A stretch of 64,000 nucleotides of DNA from NCBI GenBank assembly GCA_010909165.1, contig VJWM01000259.1:1-64000 (forward strand), read 5' to 3'. Each line of letters starts with the position of its first letter. The first letter of the stretch is position 1. The DNA comes from Anthoceros angustus. Taxonomy: Eukaryota > Plantae > Anthocerotophyta. The notes under the pieces are model-generated. The model did not search any database. It worked only from the letters and a program-made list of their open reading frames with translations, and was not told where the DNA came from. This document shows positions 35,423 through 48,900 of the stretch, piece after piece. The position numbers and the translations under genes are program-made.

Positions 35423-37778
35423 TGTAAGGGTATTAAAGCCCAATGTACTTAGACTAATACACTTAGTCTAAGTTAGGTGTCGATTAAGTATCATTAGTTT
35501 AGGTGCTAATCACTAGGAAGCTTCTTGTGCTCCTTCCTAGGGCTTCTTGTGGAGCTTCCTAGGGAGCCCTATTGGAGGTATAAATACCCTCCAAGCCTCA
35601 TCTCAATGTGAGAGAGCTACTCTTGCCTCCTCCTCTCCTCTTTCCACCATCATGGTGCCACCATCCTTCAATCTGAGTCCCTAAAATGGGACTGTCTAGG
35701 GGTCAGCACCCACGCCTCGCCTCACGAGAAGGTCAGCAATGACAAACGGCACTCACACATCCGAAATTGAAGCGTGAGTGTCAAATAAGCGTGATCCTCC
35801 TCCCACTTTCACCGAGCCGGACACCTCGATGGTGGGATCTATTCTCCTCTCCAGCACACTGTTCTGTAAGAAACCAGCGAAGTGAAAGGGCGCTCGGCAA
35901 ATCCCAAAATCCCAAAATCGAAATGTTGGCAAAGCGCAATCACTTTGCTCGATCTTGGAATCAAACCAAAGTATCAAACCATGCTGTAGCCCGCCTGAAA
36001 TGGAGATCTTGAATGGCAAGTCTGTCCTCCTCTCCCACAAGCTCTGCTGCTGCAAAGATCGAAAAGGGATGAGAAAAGCGCTCGCTAGATCTTGAATTCC
36101 CAGTGTATTTGGGAAAGCCCATGGATCAGGCCTGGATATGGCCTCCTCTCTAGCACGCCATCACTGTAAGGGGTAAAAGGTGAAGGAATGCCAAGACCTC
36201 GAAATCCCAGCTGAATCTGGGAGCATACAGTGAGCTGGATTGGGCCCATGTGTAATCCTTGTGCTCCTTAGCTTCTTGTGGAGCTTCCTAGGGAGCCCTA
36301 TTGGAGGTATAAATACCCTCCAAGCCTCATCTCAATGTGAGAGAGCTACTCTTGCCTCCTCCTCTCCTCTCCTCTTTCCACCATCATGAGGGGCCACATC
36401 CCATCCCATCGTCCCTAAAATGGGACTGTCTAGGGGTCAGCACCCACGCCTCAGCCTCTGAGAAAGGTCAGCAATGACAAACGGCACTCACACATCCGAA
36501 ATTGAAGCGTGAGTGTCAAATAAGCGTGATCCTCCTCCCACTTTCTAACCAAGCCGAGCCGGACACCTCGATGGTGGGATCTGTTCTCCTCTCCAGCAGC
36601 TGCTGTAAGAAAACCAGCGAATGAAAGGGAAAGGGCGTCCAAAATCCCAAAATCGAAATGTTGGCAAAGCGCAATCCGCTCCGATCTTGGAATCAAACCA
36701 AAGTATCAAACCATGCTGTAGCCCTGAAATGGAGATCTTGAATGGCAAGGTCTGTCCTCCCTCCCACAAGCTCTCTTCTGCAAAGATCGAAAAGGGATGA
36801 GAAAAGCGCTCGCTAGATCTTGAATTCCCTGTATTTGGGAAAGCCCATGGATCAGGCCTGGATATGGCCTCCTCTCTAGCACGCCATCACTGTAAGGCCA
36901 GCAAAGGTGAAGGAATGCTCAAGACCTCGAAATCCCAGCGGGACAGGCATACCAGTGAGCTGGATTGGGCCTGTGAAGGTAATCCTTGATGCTCCAGGCT
37001 CCAAAATGGCGTCGCCCAGCTAGAGGAGGCGCCTCAAATGTCGCCACTCCGCCTTGGAGTGTCGCCCTTGAAGATGGAGTCTTCGAAATAAAGGGATCCG
37101 CTGCGCAATGGCAGGAATCACGAGATTTCTTGAAGATTTCTTGGCCAGCCCAGTTTGCGCTGGCTGGGAGCCTGTAAATCGAGCCTTGGCGCCTTGTAGG
37201 GAAGCACGCGCTGAGCAAAAAACACACAGATCTGATCGATCTTGGATTTCCAGATTGCAAGGGTTCACAAAGTGCTTTCCTCCCTAACCGCGGCGCGCTC
37301 CAGGCACGATTTCGAAGACTACCCTCTGTTCCTTGCCCCACGGTCCTCATTCCCGCGCTCGCCATCATCTCCACGCTCCGCCCAGCTCGATTCCCAGCTG
37401 ATGTTTGCGCCATGATGCGAAAGCAACCCTCACGCTTGGTGGTGCTCCTCCCACGTTGATTAGGTGCCTTGTTTGGGTTTGGGTCCAGTTTGGTTTCACA
37501 CCTAAACTAAGTGGCTTTTCTAGCCTACCTAGTTATCCGTTCATAACGGATCTATTTCCTATAACTAGTATTTAAAGGAAATGAATCCTTGGACTATGGG
37601 CCAATCAAAATAAAGGATATGTTTTCATGTCCTTGGTTAATGAAAATGCCTAACCAAGCGTAGTATATAAAACCAAGCATACATCGAGTTCACATTCTTT
37701 GCATGCGTACCTTAGTTCTTGTGTCTTGACGTTGGGGTGGTGGGCTGCGACAATCCCGTGATCCGTGTGGAGCTACCA
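35423..37778 (+). repeat. Element D 3' LTR (probable), with a ~730-bp internal tandem duplication
   Basis: Follows the PPT; TATA tataaata at ~35579 and ~36308; 35525-36257 is repeated at 36258-36985. Confidence 0.6.
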
Positions 37779-40700
37779 TGTCCCATATGGTGGGAGATCC
37801 AGAGATTACCTTCTCCATCTTGGGCGGTAGTAGCGGCTACGTATATACTCAACAGGCTCACATCACAGTCGGTTCAGCGGACCTTTCGAGATATTACGGA
37901 AGAAAACCGTATCATGCATCTTCGCGTCTTTGGCTCGAGAGCTTTTGCGTACATACCTGTTGAGAAGAGGCGTAAACTTGACAACCGTTCAAATGGGTTA
38001 ATATTTGTTGGTTACAGCGAGATTGCTAAAGCTTACAAACTTATTGATGCAGACACTTTACAGCCTACTGTAGCAAGGAGTGTAACTTTCCTGGAGACAC
38101 TAGAGCCACCAGTCACAGAGGATGGCATATTACTTGAACAACATGATGGTCATTTGACGTTTACAGAGGAACATGTCGACTACCCTGATGACGTTGATGG
38201 AATCTTGCTCGGTGTCCAATCTTTTCCTCTATACGACTGTGTGGTGCCTCAACAGCCTCCGCCATTAGCCCCTGTCCAACCAGCAGTCCTTAATCCTCCA
38301 GCTGGTGATCCACAAGATGATGGACCTGCCGCAAATCCTGTCCCAAATCTAGACAATCACTTAGATTCAGAATCTGAACCTGTCAGTTCTTCCCAAGATT
38401 CTGATTGTGCAGGTGAAGATGAGCCATTACCTGTTCCAGCAGCGGATGCACCTAAGCCCGTTCGTCGGTCTACACGTGTGCATCGCCCTCCCTTTGAGTG
38501 GACAAAACCTCGTTACACATCCATTGATTTCCGCAAGTCAGTGGGAGTCTGCACTCCCACTGTCCACCACGTCTCCCCGCCTGTCATTCCTCCTGAGCCT
38601 GTTACACTCAAGGAAGCCTTCTCAGGCCCAGATAGGGATAAGTGGAAATACACTATGGATGATGAGTACAATAGCTTAATTCAGAATGGTACCTGGAAGT
38701 TGGTTCCCCGTCCTGAAGGCTGCAGACCTATTACGTGCAAATGGGTCTTCAAACACAAACTTAACTCTAAGGGGGAGATTGCCAGGTATAAGGCTCGTTT
38801 GTATGCCAGGGGGTTTACCCAAATTCCAGGCCCAGACTTCCAAGAAACATTCTCCCCGGTAGTCAGATCCCAATCTATCCGTCTCATTCTTGCTCTAGCA
38901 GTTGAATACGAATGAGCTTGAGCAAATGGACTCAAGGGCCGCTTTTACATGGTGTTTAGAGGAAGAGTTGTATATGGAGGAGGCTACGGGGACCCTAGAC
39001 ATCAGTTGGTTTTGCGGGGTTAATCAAGTGCATTTATGGCTCGAGACAATCTGCAGAACGCTGGAATGCTAGACTAGACACCTGCCTGCATGCACTTGCT
39101 TTTAACAGAGTCCTGCTGATCCCTCAGTTTACATCTATGATGATGGCTCCTCTTATGTTCTGTTGGCGGTATATGTAGACGATGCTATATTTGCAGCCAA
39201 CGACAAACAGCTATTAGCAAAAGTTCAAGCTTTGTTACGTAATGAATTCGAGATGACTGATGTTGGTGAGTTGAAGTTTTGCCTGGGCATTCAAGTGCTG
39301 CGAGTGAGAGAGCAGGGAATGATTACTATCCATCAACACAAATATATCAAGAGTGCAGCGATTCAACATGGATGCACTCACAAGTTGCCACACAGGCGGT
39401 GGTGTGAGACTTACAAGTGGATAGTCCACCTCGGCTATGGATATTGAAGATATGAAGGATGTCCCGTATAGACATGCTGTGGGAAGCCTCCTGTTTGTGA
39501 GCAATTGGACACGTCCTGATATCACGTTTGCAGTGAATACTGCTTCTCAATTCTTGGAATGTCCTGGGAGAAATCATTGGACAGCGGTTAAACGGGTATT
39601 CCGTTACCTTAAGGGTACTCATTACTTGGGCTTATGTTACAAGCGAGGAGGTTCACCTACCTGATGGTTTGATCTTGTTGGGCATCGATGGCGATTCACG
39701 TAAAACTTTCACCTATTCCTTTCCGTCTCCTCATTAGTTGGGCCAAAAACAAACAAGTATAGCTCACAGCATGAGGCGGATTATAAATGATGGCGATGTC
39801 GCAAAGAGGTGGAGTGGGAGAGAGCTTTTCTGGCTTCAGTCCATGCAGAGCAGCCATAACCTACCATCCTCTTTTGCGACAATCAGTCTGCTCTTGCCCT
39901 TGTTGAGCGCCCCCGCTTCCACGCCCGTACCAAGCACATCAAGATTCAGTACCATTATGTTAGAGAAGTAAAATCTAGAGGTATCATTCTGCCCACTTAC
40001 ATACACACAGATTCTAACGTTGCTGACATTCTCACAAAATCCTTGCCCAAGCACAAGCATCAGACACATGTAGATGGCCTGGGTCTTGTGGATTTCTCAT
40101 CACACTTTACTGCATAACTTAAGCTTACATGATTGGCAGACCTAGAGTATCTCAAACAAGTTCTAGTTTCTACTTAGTGGTCTTCCCTCATGTTTCCTTT
40201 TGCCTGCATACCTGCACATCACATTCAGGCAAATGTGTGTTTCAGTTAGTTTTCGACAGTACATTTCCCCATACCTTGTGTCCCTTCGGTGGGAGCCCGC
40301 ATAGGTCAGACAATATCAATTTCCATGTATTCAGAGGATGAAGCCAAACACCAATCTAATCCTAGAACATGGAAACACTTGAGTCACGGACAGTGTTACC
40401 TCTAGAGACACGCGCTTCCTCCTTCCTTTGGCATGTACAATCCTTGAGCGGACAATTCCCTTAAGCGAGTCCTTGTATTCTGCCTTATCGGCCTCTCGCC
40501 CTCCTCTATTCTGCCCCGGACTTTAGGCGCGCTTCATGAGATGGAGGAAAGGCGGATTCTTGCCCATACATCGGAAGGTGACAAGGTGGAAGGAGGGAGC
40601 AAAAGGAGGCGAGGCCAATCCCAAGGACATGTCACCACCCCACGAGATAGGACTAAGAATGGTCAATGACCATAAATGAGCTTTGGGAACTGAAGGATAG

Positions 40701-41560
40701 GTGGTGTGAGACTTACAAAATTGGATAGTCCCACCTCAGCTATGGATATTGAAGATATGAAGGATGTCCCGTATAGACATGCTGTGGGAAGCCTCCTGTT
40801 TGTGAGCAATTGGACACGTCCTGATATCACGTTTGCAGTGAATACTGCTTCTCAATTCTTGGAATGTCCTGGGAGAAATCATTGGACAGCGGTTAAACGG
40901 GTATTCCGTTACCTTAAGGTACTCATTACTTGGGCTTATATTCTGGCGAGGTTCACCTACCGTGGTTTAATCTTGTTGGGCATCGATGGCGATTCACGTA
41001 AAACTTTCCATTCCTTACATCCTCTCCTGTTGTTAGTTGGGTCAAACAAGTATAGCTCACACATCAAGCACGAGGCGGATTATCGTCTTAGCGATGCCAA
41101 AGAGGTGGAGTGGAGAGAAACTTTTAGCGGCATTGAGCGCCCAACCTACCATCCTCTTTGCGACAATCGATTACCTCACCCTTGTTGGCGCCACGCCGTG
41201 CAAGCACATCAAGATTGATTACCATTATGTTAGAAGTAAAATCTAGAGGTATCATTACGCCTTACACCTGATTCTAACGTTCTTGACATTCTCACAAAAT
41301 CCTTGCACAAGCATCGAGACACATGTAGATGGCACAGGTCTTGTGGATTTCTCATCACACTTCTTGCATGCTTAAGCTTACATGATTGCTGAGACCTAGA
41401 GTATCTCAAACAAGTTCTAGTTTCTACTTAGTGGTCTTCCCTCATGTTTCCTTTTACTGCATACACGCACATCACATTGAGGGCAAATGTGTGTTTGATT
41501 AGTTTTCGACAGTACATTTCCCCATGCACTGTGTCCCTTCGGGTGGGAGCCGGCCTTAGG
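37779..41560 (+). mobile_element. Element E: partial Ty1/copia (INT C-part, RT, RH), 3' part duplicated
   Basis: 398-aa ORF 37719..38915 (HLRVFGS..IFVGYS..CKWVFK..YKARL); VYVDDAIF; YRHAVGSLLF..TRPDI; KHIKI. 39400-40704 is repeated at 40705-41965, joined through ggtggtgtg microhomology. Confidence 0.88.
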
Positions 41561-41961
41561 TCAGACTATCAATTTCCATGTATTCGAGGATGAAGCCAAA
41601 CACCAATCTAATCCTAGAACATGGAAACACTTGAGTCCGCAGACGATGTTACCTCTAGAACACGCTTCCTCCTTCCTTTGGCATGTACAATCTTGAGCGG
41701 ACAATTCCCTTAAGCGAGTCCTTGTATTCGTCCTTTGTCGACTCTCATGCGTCCTCCTCATCTCTATTCTGCCCCGGACTTTAGGCGCGCCCAGAGATGG
41801 AGGAAAGGCGGATTCTACACATTGGAAGGTGACAAGGTGCAGGAAGGGATGGAGCAAAAGGAGGCGAGGGCCAATCCCAAGGACATGTCACCACCCGGCA
41901 GATAAGGACTAAGAATGGTCAATGACCATAAATGAGCTTTGAGAGCAGGAAGGATAGGTGG

Positions 41962-42995
41962 TGTGGTGACATCCTTTGGGATGGTCTTAGGTGAAGTTAC
42001 TAGAATAGAATTTACCAAGGATCGGACAATAGACTTAGGTGCGGACATTAAATGGCCGTTGGCGGTGAAATAATAGAAAATTGGAAAAGGTGACCTGCAG
42101 TAGGGTCACCTAAGGGAGGTTGTATGTGGAAGACCTCCTATAAGAGGAGGAGGATTTCACAAAGTAAAGTATCATGTCTTGCGCTTCCATACTCCCGAGT
42201 CCTTTGCTCTTGTAAAGGAATTCGTACTTGCGGAGCCAACGCAGTCTGCAGAGAGGAAGTCGCGGTGGTCAGTGCTTGGTGGAGGGCTTGCTTCACTGTT
42301 GCCTAAACGCAAAGTTGCTCTCAGGAGATAGTTCTTTGTGAATTTCTTTGCTTTGGGTGTGTGTGGCAATGCCCGGGAACTCTCGGCTAGAGGTTGATCC
42401 AGGAAAGACTCCACAGGTGCTTCTCAAGTGGTGTCGAACTCACAGCGGCCCAAGGAAGAACTTCTTGGTGGAGGCCGACCGTGCAACAAAGCTGAGGCCA
42501 GGCCAGCCAGAAGCCCTTAACCGAAAGGAATAGGAGGAAGAGGATGAGAAGATGAGAAGATGAGAAGAGGATTAGGGGTGTAGGTGTTAGTGGAAGGCCA
42601 CAGGCGAGCCTAAGGGGCGATCCCAAATGCAAGTAAAGCGCTCCACAGGTGGAGAAGAGTGGTCTTGGAAGTAGGGGCCAGAGGAAATCGCGGTGTGGAT
42701 CGGGGGTCCACAGGCGCCCGTGATAGGCTCCTCGGCCTTGGGGCACGCAATTGTTTTGTCGTTGTGGGTCGAGGATTGGCGATTTTTGAAGCGGTGCAAG
42801 TGGTGCATTTCAGAGGAGAGTAGGCGCCTTGCTCGTTGAGAAGCGCGAAATTTGTGTCTGCGAGATGGCGATTGGTGATCACAAGGCCTCGAACTTTCAC
42901 ACGAGTCTCATGGGGCGAAACCCAGCGTCTGGCAACGATGGGATAAGTGTGGCCGCTATAGTGGGAGGACCTCGGTGCCGGGTTTTCCTACCACA
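41962..42995 (+). repeat. Family F LTR (3' LTR, plus orientation)
   Basis: TGTGGT...ACCACA termini; preceded by purine tract gagagcaggaaggataggtgg; reverse-complement homolog of 54277-55285; no PBS follows. Confidence 0.8.
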
Positions 42996-45900
42996 ACACT
43001 TACACATTGGAAGGCGGCAATACACCCATCCCAATTGGATGTTGTCTTCCCCATCGAAATCACCAAATCTCGGGGTTGGTACACGCAAAACACGTGAATT
43101 GGGGCATTACAAGCTCATTTCCCAGCGTACCTGCCGCTTTTCTTCTTCTTGCCCCTTGCGAGGAAGAACCCTTGGCGGCTCCTTCCCTTGCCTTTTTCCG
43201 GCTCGAGGCATGGTGCTTGGCTCCTCTCAAGTGCTTCAAAGGAGATTACTTTCGGAGAGCTTAGTTCCACACCTCGCGCACTTCTTCCTTATGGTGGTAG
43301 CACCCTCCTGCGGCACACGTTAGCCACAGGTTGAATCTTCTGCCAATTTTCTTTGCGACTTCGGGCGGCGATGTGTCGAGGGCCCTTCACCTTTTGACTT
43401 CCTCGGTCCTCACACCTTGATGCTCGCCCTGGTTCCCGCTTTAAGCTCCGTCTGACGTTTGGCGCGCTCCTCATGCGCGGCTGAAACTCCCTCTCCGGAT
43501 GTTGGATGTCTTCTTTTTCCCGCGCCTTTGGGGCTCCTCTCTCCCTGGCGTCTTCCTTTGCGGTGCTGGCGATGGCGATGGCGGTCTCCTCCTTCACCTT
43601 CTTCTCCTTCTCCTTACGTCCCAACTTCAGTCCGTCGCGAAGTGGAGAAGGAGCTGCCAAATTCGCACTTTGCCCTCCTTAGATGTCTGCCACAGGCCTC
43701 GTAACCCTAGATTGGGTTTTCCATTTCTAAATTCCTATTTCTATCTAAACTACCTATTTTCCTACCCTATGCATATCCCTGAATCAATTACTTTCTAATT
43801 AATCCTATTTATCTATTCCACTATTGGTGAGCATATATAGTGGAGATTCCCCTATATTCATTCCTTTTGGCGAGATTGTCAACCTACGTGATGCACTTGA
43901 TGATGCTTCTTTTCTCGACCTACGGCGTGGTGTGGCGACCTACGGTAGTGCCGACCTACCGCCTTTGGACGCCCTCACCGCCTCGTTGACCCATTCTTCT
44001 TCTGGGATATCCTCTTCATCTTCCTAACAATATCCTACAACTCCAAAGATTCTCGAAAATTTTTGGCATGCTCCTCTTCAATCGTTCTAGCCAAAAAAAT
44101 CAAACTTGTTGTCTTGGGCTCTTTTGGGCTGGTTGCCCAAACTTTTATGTTCCACATACTCCCCACCTCACTGTTTGCGTCCTCGCAACAGACTCAGTGA
44201 GGTACTTCTTGACCTTCCACCCATTACTCGATTCGCCGCCCGGAGTTACGGATCCATTCTCGTATCTGCGACACCTCGTAAGGTCCCATCCATCTCAGCC
44301 TAAGCTTCCTGGAAAGTCTAGGTACTATCATATAGAAGAACCAAATCCCGTCCACGATAGCCTCTTGCTTCCTCAACCTCCCATCATGATCTTCGAGTTC
44401 ACGAATCCATGTTTCTTCTAAAGCATCCTCCCTCGTTCCTCTGCTATGAAGCTTCTAGTCTAGCTACGACTATCTCTCTGATCATCGTTCATCCTCCATG
44501 ATCATGGTAGGTACTTCAAATTCCACGGGCATCACGGTGACATGCCATCGTTAGATAATAAAGGGTCTTCTTGGTGGTTACCTTCTCCATGATCCTGTAA
44601 CAATCGAATGCAACTTAGCATCCCAATCATACATGTGTCCGATTACCTTGGTGAGGATTGTGCGAGCAACCCATTCGTCTTCTCCGTCAATCCATTCGCC
44701 TTTGGGGTTGTAGGGGTCGTCTTCGATGCGAATGTTGAAGTAGGTGGTTAGGGACTCAACGAGTTGAGGAAATGTGTCCCCGGTGACCAACTCTAAAGGA
44801 CATCCGTACCTCGTTATGATGTTCTCGAATAAAAATTTTGCTCTTGGTCGTCGTCCTTCCTCGTTGCTTCCACCATCTTGTACAATAATCCGTAGCCACC
44901 AAAATGTCTTCTTAGTCCATTGCGTTGGTGGTTTGATCGGTCCTCTGAAATCGATTCCCCACTTCTCGAAGGTGCTAGCGGTAAGATGTAGGTAAGAGGC
45001 CATTGTGTCGACAACGTGGGCCCAACCCTCGACACGCATCACACCTCGGTGAACTCCCCACATCCTTTTGCATCGTAGCCCACGAATCATTCAAAATCTT
45101 CTTAACGGTCACTGCGAATAGTGTCCACCTGCCTCGCATGTAATGCCTCGTGCAGTGAAGCTCCTTAACCGAGACGTCGGATCTTCTCGTCCGGCCCAAG
45201 ATGCAGATGCCTTCCCTTAGGCAATAGGGTGCGGCTTTATGGAAAAACAGCCCGCCCTTCCTGACAACCATCCGGCATGATTCCATGCTCCGAGAATTTG
45301 CACTTCTCAACAATATCTTGGGCATGAACGCCCCTCGCGTTCTAATCTCCTCCTTCCGGGCACGTCGCCTCCTCCTAGTCGTCCGTTAGTAGCTCCGGAT
45401 GGCGTGGATCTATCCACAAATCCACTCCGCCTCCATCTTGCGTTCTCTCTTCCTGCGCCGTTTGCATGCTCTTCCTCATTACAATGATTTCGCCATTCTT
45501 GCTGGCTAGCCTCGCTGGGTCACGTCATGGCGACCTCCTCGCCTTGTTGCACCTCCATTGATTTCCACGGATGCCATCTCCCTTCGGTTTCTTCTAAAGC
45601 ATCCTCCCTCGTTCCTCACCTATGAAAGATTCTAGTCTAGCTACAGCTATCCTCTCTGATCATCGTTCATCCTCCATGATCCTGTAGGTAGGTACTTCAA
45701 ATTCCACGGGCATCACGGTGACATGCCATATAGATAATAAGGGGTCTTCTTGGTGGTTACCTTCTCCATGATCCTGTAGGTAGAATGCAACTTAGCATCC
45801 CAATCATACATGTGTCGATTACCTTGGTGAGGATTGTGCGAGCAACCCATTCGTCTTCTCCGTCAATCCATTCGCCTTTGGGGTTGTAGGGTCGTCTTCG

Positions 45901-48900
45901 ATGCGAATGTTGAAGTAGGTGGTTAGGGACTCAACGAGTTGAGGAAATGTGTCCCCGTTGACCAACTCTAAAGGACATCCGTACCTCGTTATGATGTTCT
46001 CGAATAAAAATTTTGCTCTTGGTCGTCGTCCTTCCTCGTTGCTTCCACCATCTTGTACAATAATCCGTAGCCACCAAAATGTCTTCTTAGTCCATTGCGT
46101 TGGTGGTTTGATCGGTCCTCTGAAATCGATTCCCCACTTCTCGAAGGTGCTAGCGGTAAGATGTAGGTAAGAGGCCATTGTGTCGACAACGTGGGCCCAA
46201 CCCTCGACACGCATCACACCTCGGTGAACTCCCACATCCTTTTGCATCGTAGCCCACGAATCATTCAAAATCTTCTTAACGGTCACTGCGAATAGTGTCC
46301 ACCTGCCTCGCATGTAATGCCTCGTGCAGTGAAGCTCCTTAACCGAGACGTCGGATCTTCTCGTCCGGCCCAAGATGCAGATGCCTTCCCTTAGGCAATA
46401 GGGTGCGGCTTTATGGAAAAACAGCCCGCCCTTCCTGACAACCATCCGGCATGATTCCATGCTCCGAGAATTTGCACTTCTCAACAAATATCTTGGGCAT
46501 GAACGCCCCTCGCGTTCTAATCTCCTCCTTCCGGGCACGTCGCCTCCTCCTAGTCGTCCGTTAGTAGCTCCGGATGGCGTGGATCTATCCACAAATCCAC
46601 TCCGCCTCCATCTTGCGTTCTCTCTTCCTGCGCCGTTTGCATGCTCTTCCTCATTACAATGATTTCGCCATTCTTGCTGGCTAGCCTCGTTTCTAGGTCC
46701 AGCTCGTGCTCCATGGCGACCTCCTCGCCTTGTTGCACCTCCATTGATTTCCACGGATGCCATCTCCCTTCGGTTTCTTCAAACTTGCATGGGATGCATC
46801 TCCTTCTTGCCCCTGGTGTCACCTCCCTAGGGCCTTCTTCTCCTCGCCCATGGCGCCCTCTTATCCTCTCGGTTCCAGTTGTCCTGCTGCCTTTTCACAC
46901 TGGTTCCCTTGCTCATTTGGCCTCTCTTCTAGCAAGACTTGCTGATCAATTCTTAGGCCGTCTACAACATGCTCACGTCCTTCTCCTTGACCAGTGCGAA
47001 CTCCTCGTCGAAATCGGTCGTCAGCCTCAAGTCGCTCTCCGGTTTTCGGCGAGAAATGAAATCGGCGTTACGATGTTGCTTCCACAGCCTAGTTTCTCGT
47101 CGTAGTCAAACTCTTGCAGCGGTAGTACCCACGGCAATCCTTCGACAAATCGGCTTGTTGACAAGATACTTCAGCAAAATGGTCAACATGAAGCGTCACC
47201 TTGCAAGCAAGCGGATAGTGTCTAAACTTCTTACGAGTAAATGATACCAAGACCCTCCGCTCCGTGGTTGAGTAGTTCTTTTCGGCATCCGTGGTTCCGC
47301 ATAGAAAATCGGATGATCCGTTTCTTCGTCATCTTAAGAGCGGTCCCAATGGCATAGCGGACACATCCGTATACATGAAGCGGCTTCTCCCAATCTGGTT
47401 GCGTTGGCGCGCTCACCGTCCTTCTTGAAAAGCCTCTGTCTTGCATTGGTCCATTCGAAGGTGTATCCTTCTTGGTCAATTGTGTCAACAAGGCTGCCTT
47501 CTTGGCGAAATCCTTGATGAACCTCTGTAATACCCTACAGCCCTACAAAAGCTACTTTGCCTCACCGTTTGTGGTGCGTCCATCTCGACTATACCTTCTC
47601 CATGATCCTGTAGGCCCAGTCTTGAATGCAACTTAGCATCCCAATCATACATGTGCGTCAGTTACCTTGGTGAGGATTGTGCGAGCAACCCATTCGTCTT
47701 CTCCGTCAATCCATTCGCTTTGGGGTTGTAGTCGTCTTCGATGCGAATGTTGAAGTAGGTGGTTAGGGACTCAACGAGTTGAGGAAATGTGTCCCCGGTC
47801 GTGACCAACTCTAAAGGACATCCGTACCTCGTTATGATGTTCTCGAATAAAAATTTTGCTCTGCGGTCGTCGTCCTTCCTCGTTGCTTGACTTCCACCAT
47901 CTTTGTACAATAATCCGTAGCCACCAAAATGTCTTGCTTCCTCCATTGCGTTGGTGGTTTGATCGGTCCTCTGAAATCGATTCCCCACTTCTCGAGTGCT
48001 AGCGGTAAGATGTAGGTAAGAGGCCATTGTGTCGACAACGTGGGCCGCCCAACCCTCGACACGCATCACACCTCGGTGAACTCCCACATCCTTTTGCATC
48101 GTAGCCCACAGAACCCGCATTCAAAATCTTCTTAACGGTCACTGTGCGAATAGTGTCCACTCTTCGCATATGCCTCGTGTGATGCCTCCTTCACCGAGAC
48201 AGTCGGATCTTCTCGTCCGGCCCAAGTTTATGCGGGATGCCTTCCCTTAGGCAATAGGGTGCGGCTTTATGGAAAAACCGCCCTTCCTGACAACCATCCG
48301 GCATGATTCCATGCTCCGAGAACTACTTCTCAGCAAATATCTTGGGCATGAACGCCCCTCGCGTTCTAATCTCCTCCTTCCGGTACGTCGCCTCCTCCTA
48401 GTCGTCGTTAGTAGCCCCAGATGGATCTATCCATCCTTTTCTCCTGCTCTCCATGCAGTTCACTCTCTTTGCGGCTTGCGCTTCTCTTCCTTCTTGCTCA
48501 TTTGGCCTCTCTTGCATTGGTCCATTCCTGGCTAACTTCGTTCCTTTCGTGTCCATGGCGACCTCCTCGCCTTTTTCTCTGGTGATTTTGTCAGATGCAT
48601 CTCTCCTGTTTGCTCAAACTTGCATGGTGCTCTCAGCCCCGCCCCTGGGATTTCACCTCCCTGTGCCCCTTGCTTTCTTCTCCCTCTCCGGATCTCCAGT
48701 TGTCCTGCTGCGCTTTCACCGCTCCCTTCTTGCTCATTTGGCCTCTCTTCTGGCAAGACTTGCTGATCAATTCTTAGGCCGTCTACAACATGCTCACGTC
48801 CTCCCCTTGACCCGGGCGTGGCAACCAACTCCTCGTCGAAATCGGTCATCTGGCCTCAAGTCGCTCTCCGGTTTTCGGAGAAATGAAATCAGCGTTCGAT

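Larger units (their letters stand above)
30787..37778 (+). mobile_element. Element D: 5'-truncated Ty1/copia retrotransposon with a long 3' LTR
   Basis: DLKMKEG gag; ECHYCH-KGHFKREC; WIIDSGASFH; YFVTFIDDFSRKVWVY; KCIFLGY; CKWVYK..YKARLVAKGF; MDVKTAFLHGDL; LYVDDML; PPT taagtgggag (35411-35420), then TG at 35423. Right end uncertain. Confidence 0.85.

Noticed and set aside
46500-47000. Additional archaeal-type RNase H (Tat lineage)
   Set aside because: The segment is low-complexity and charged, with no RNase H catalytic motif.
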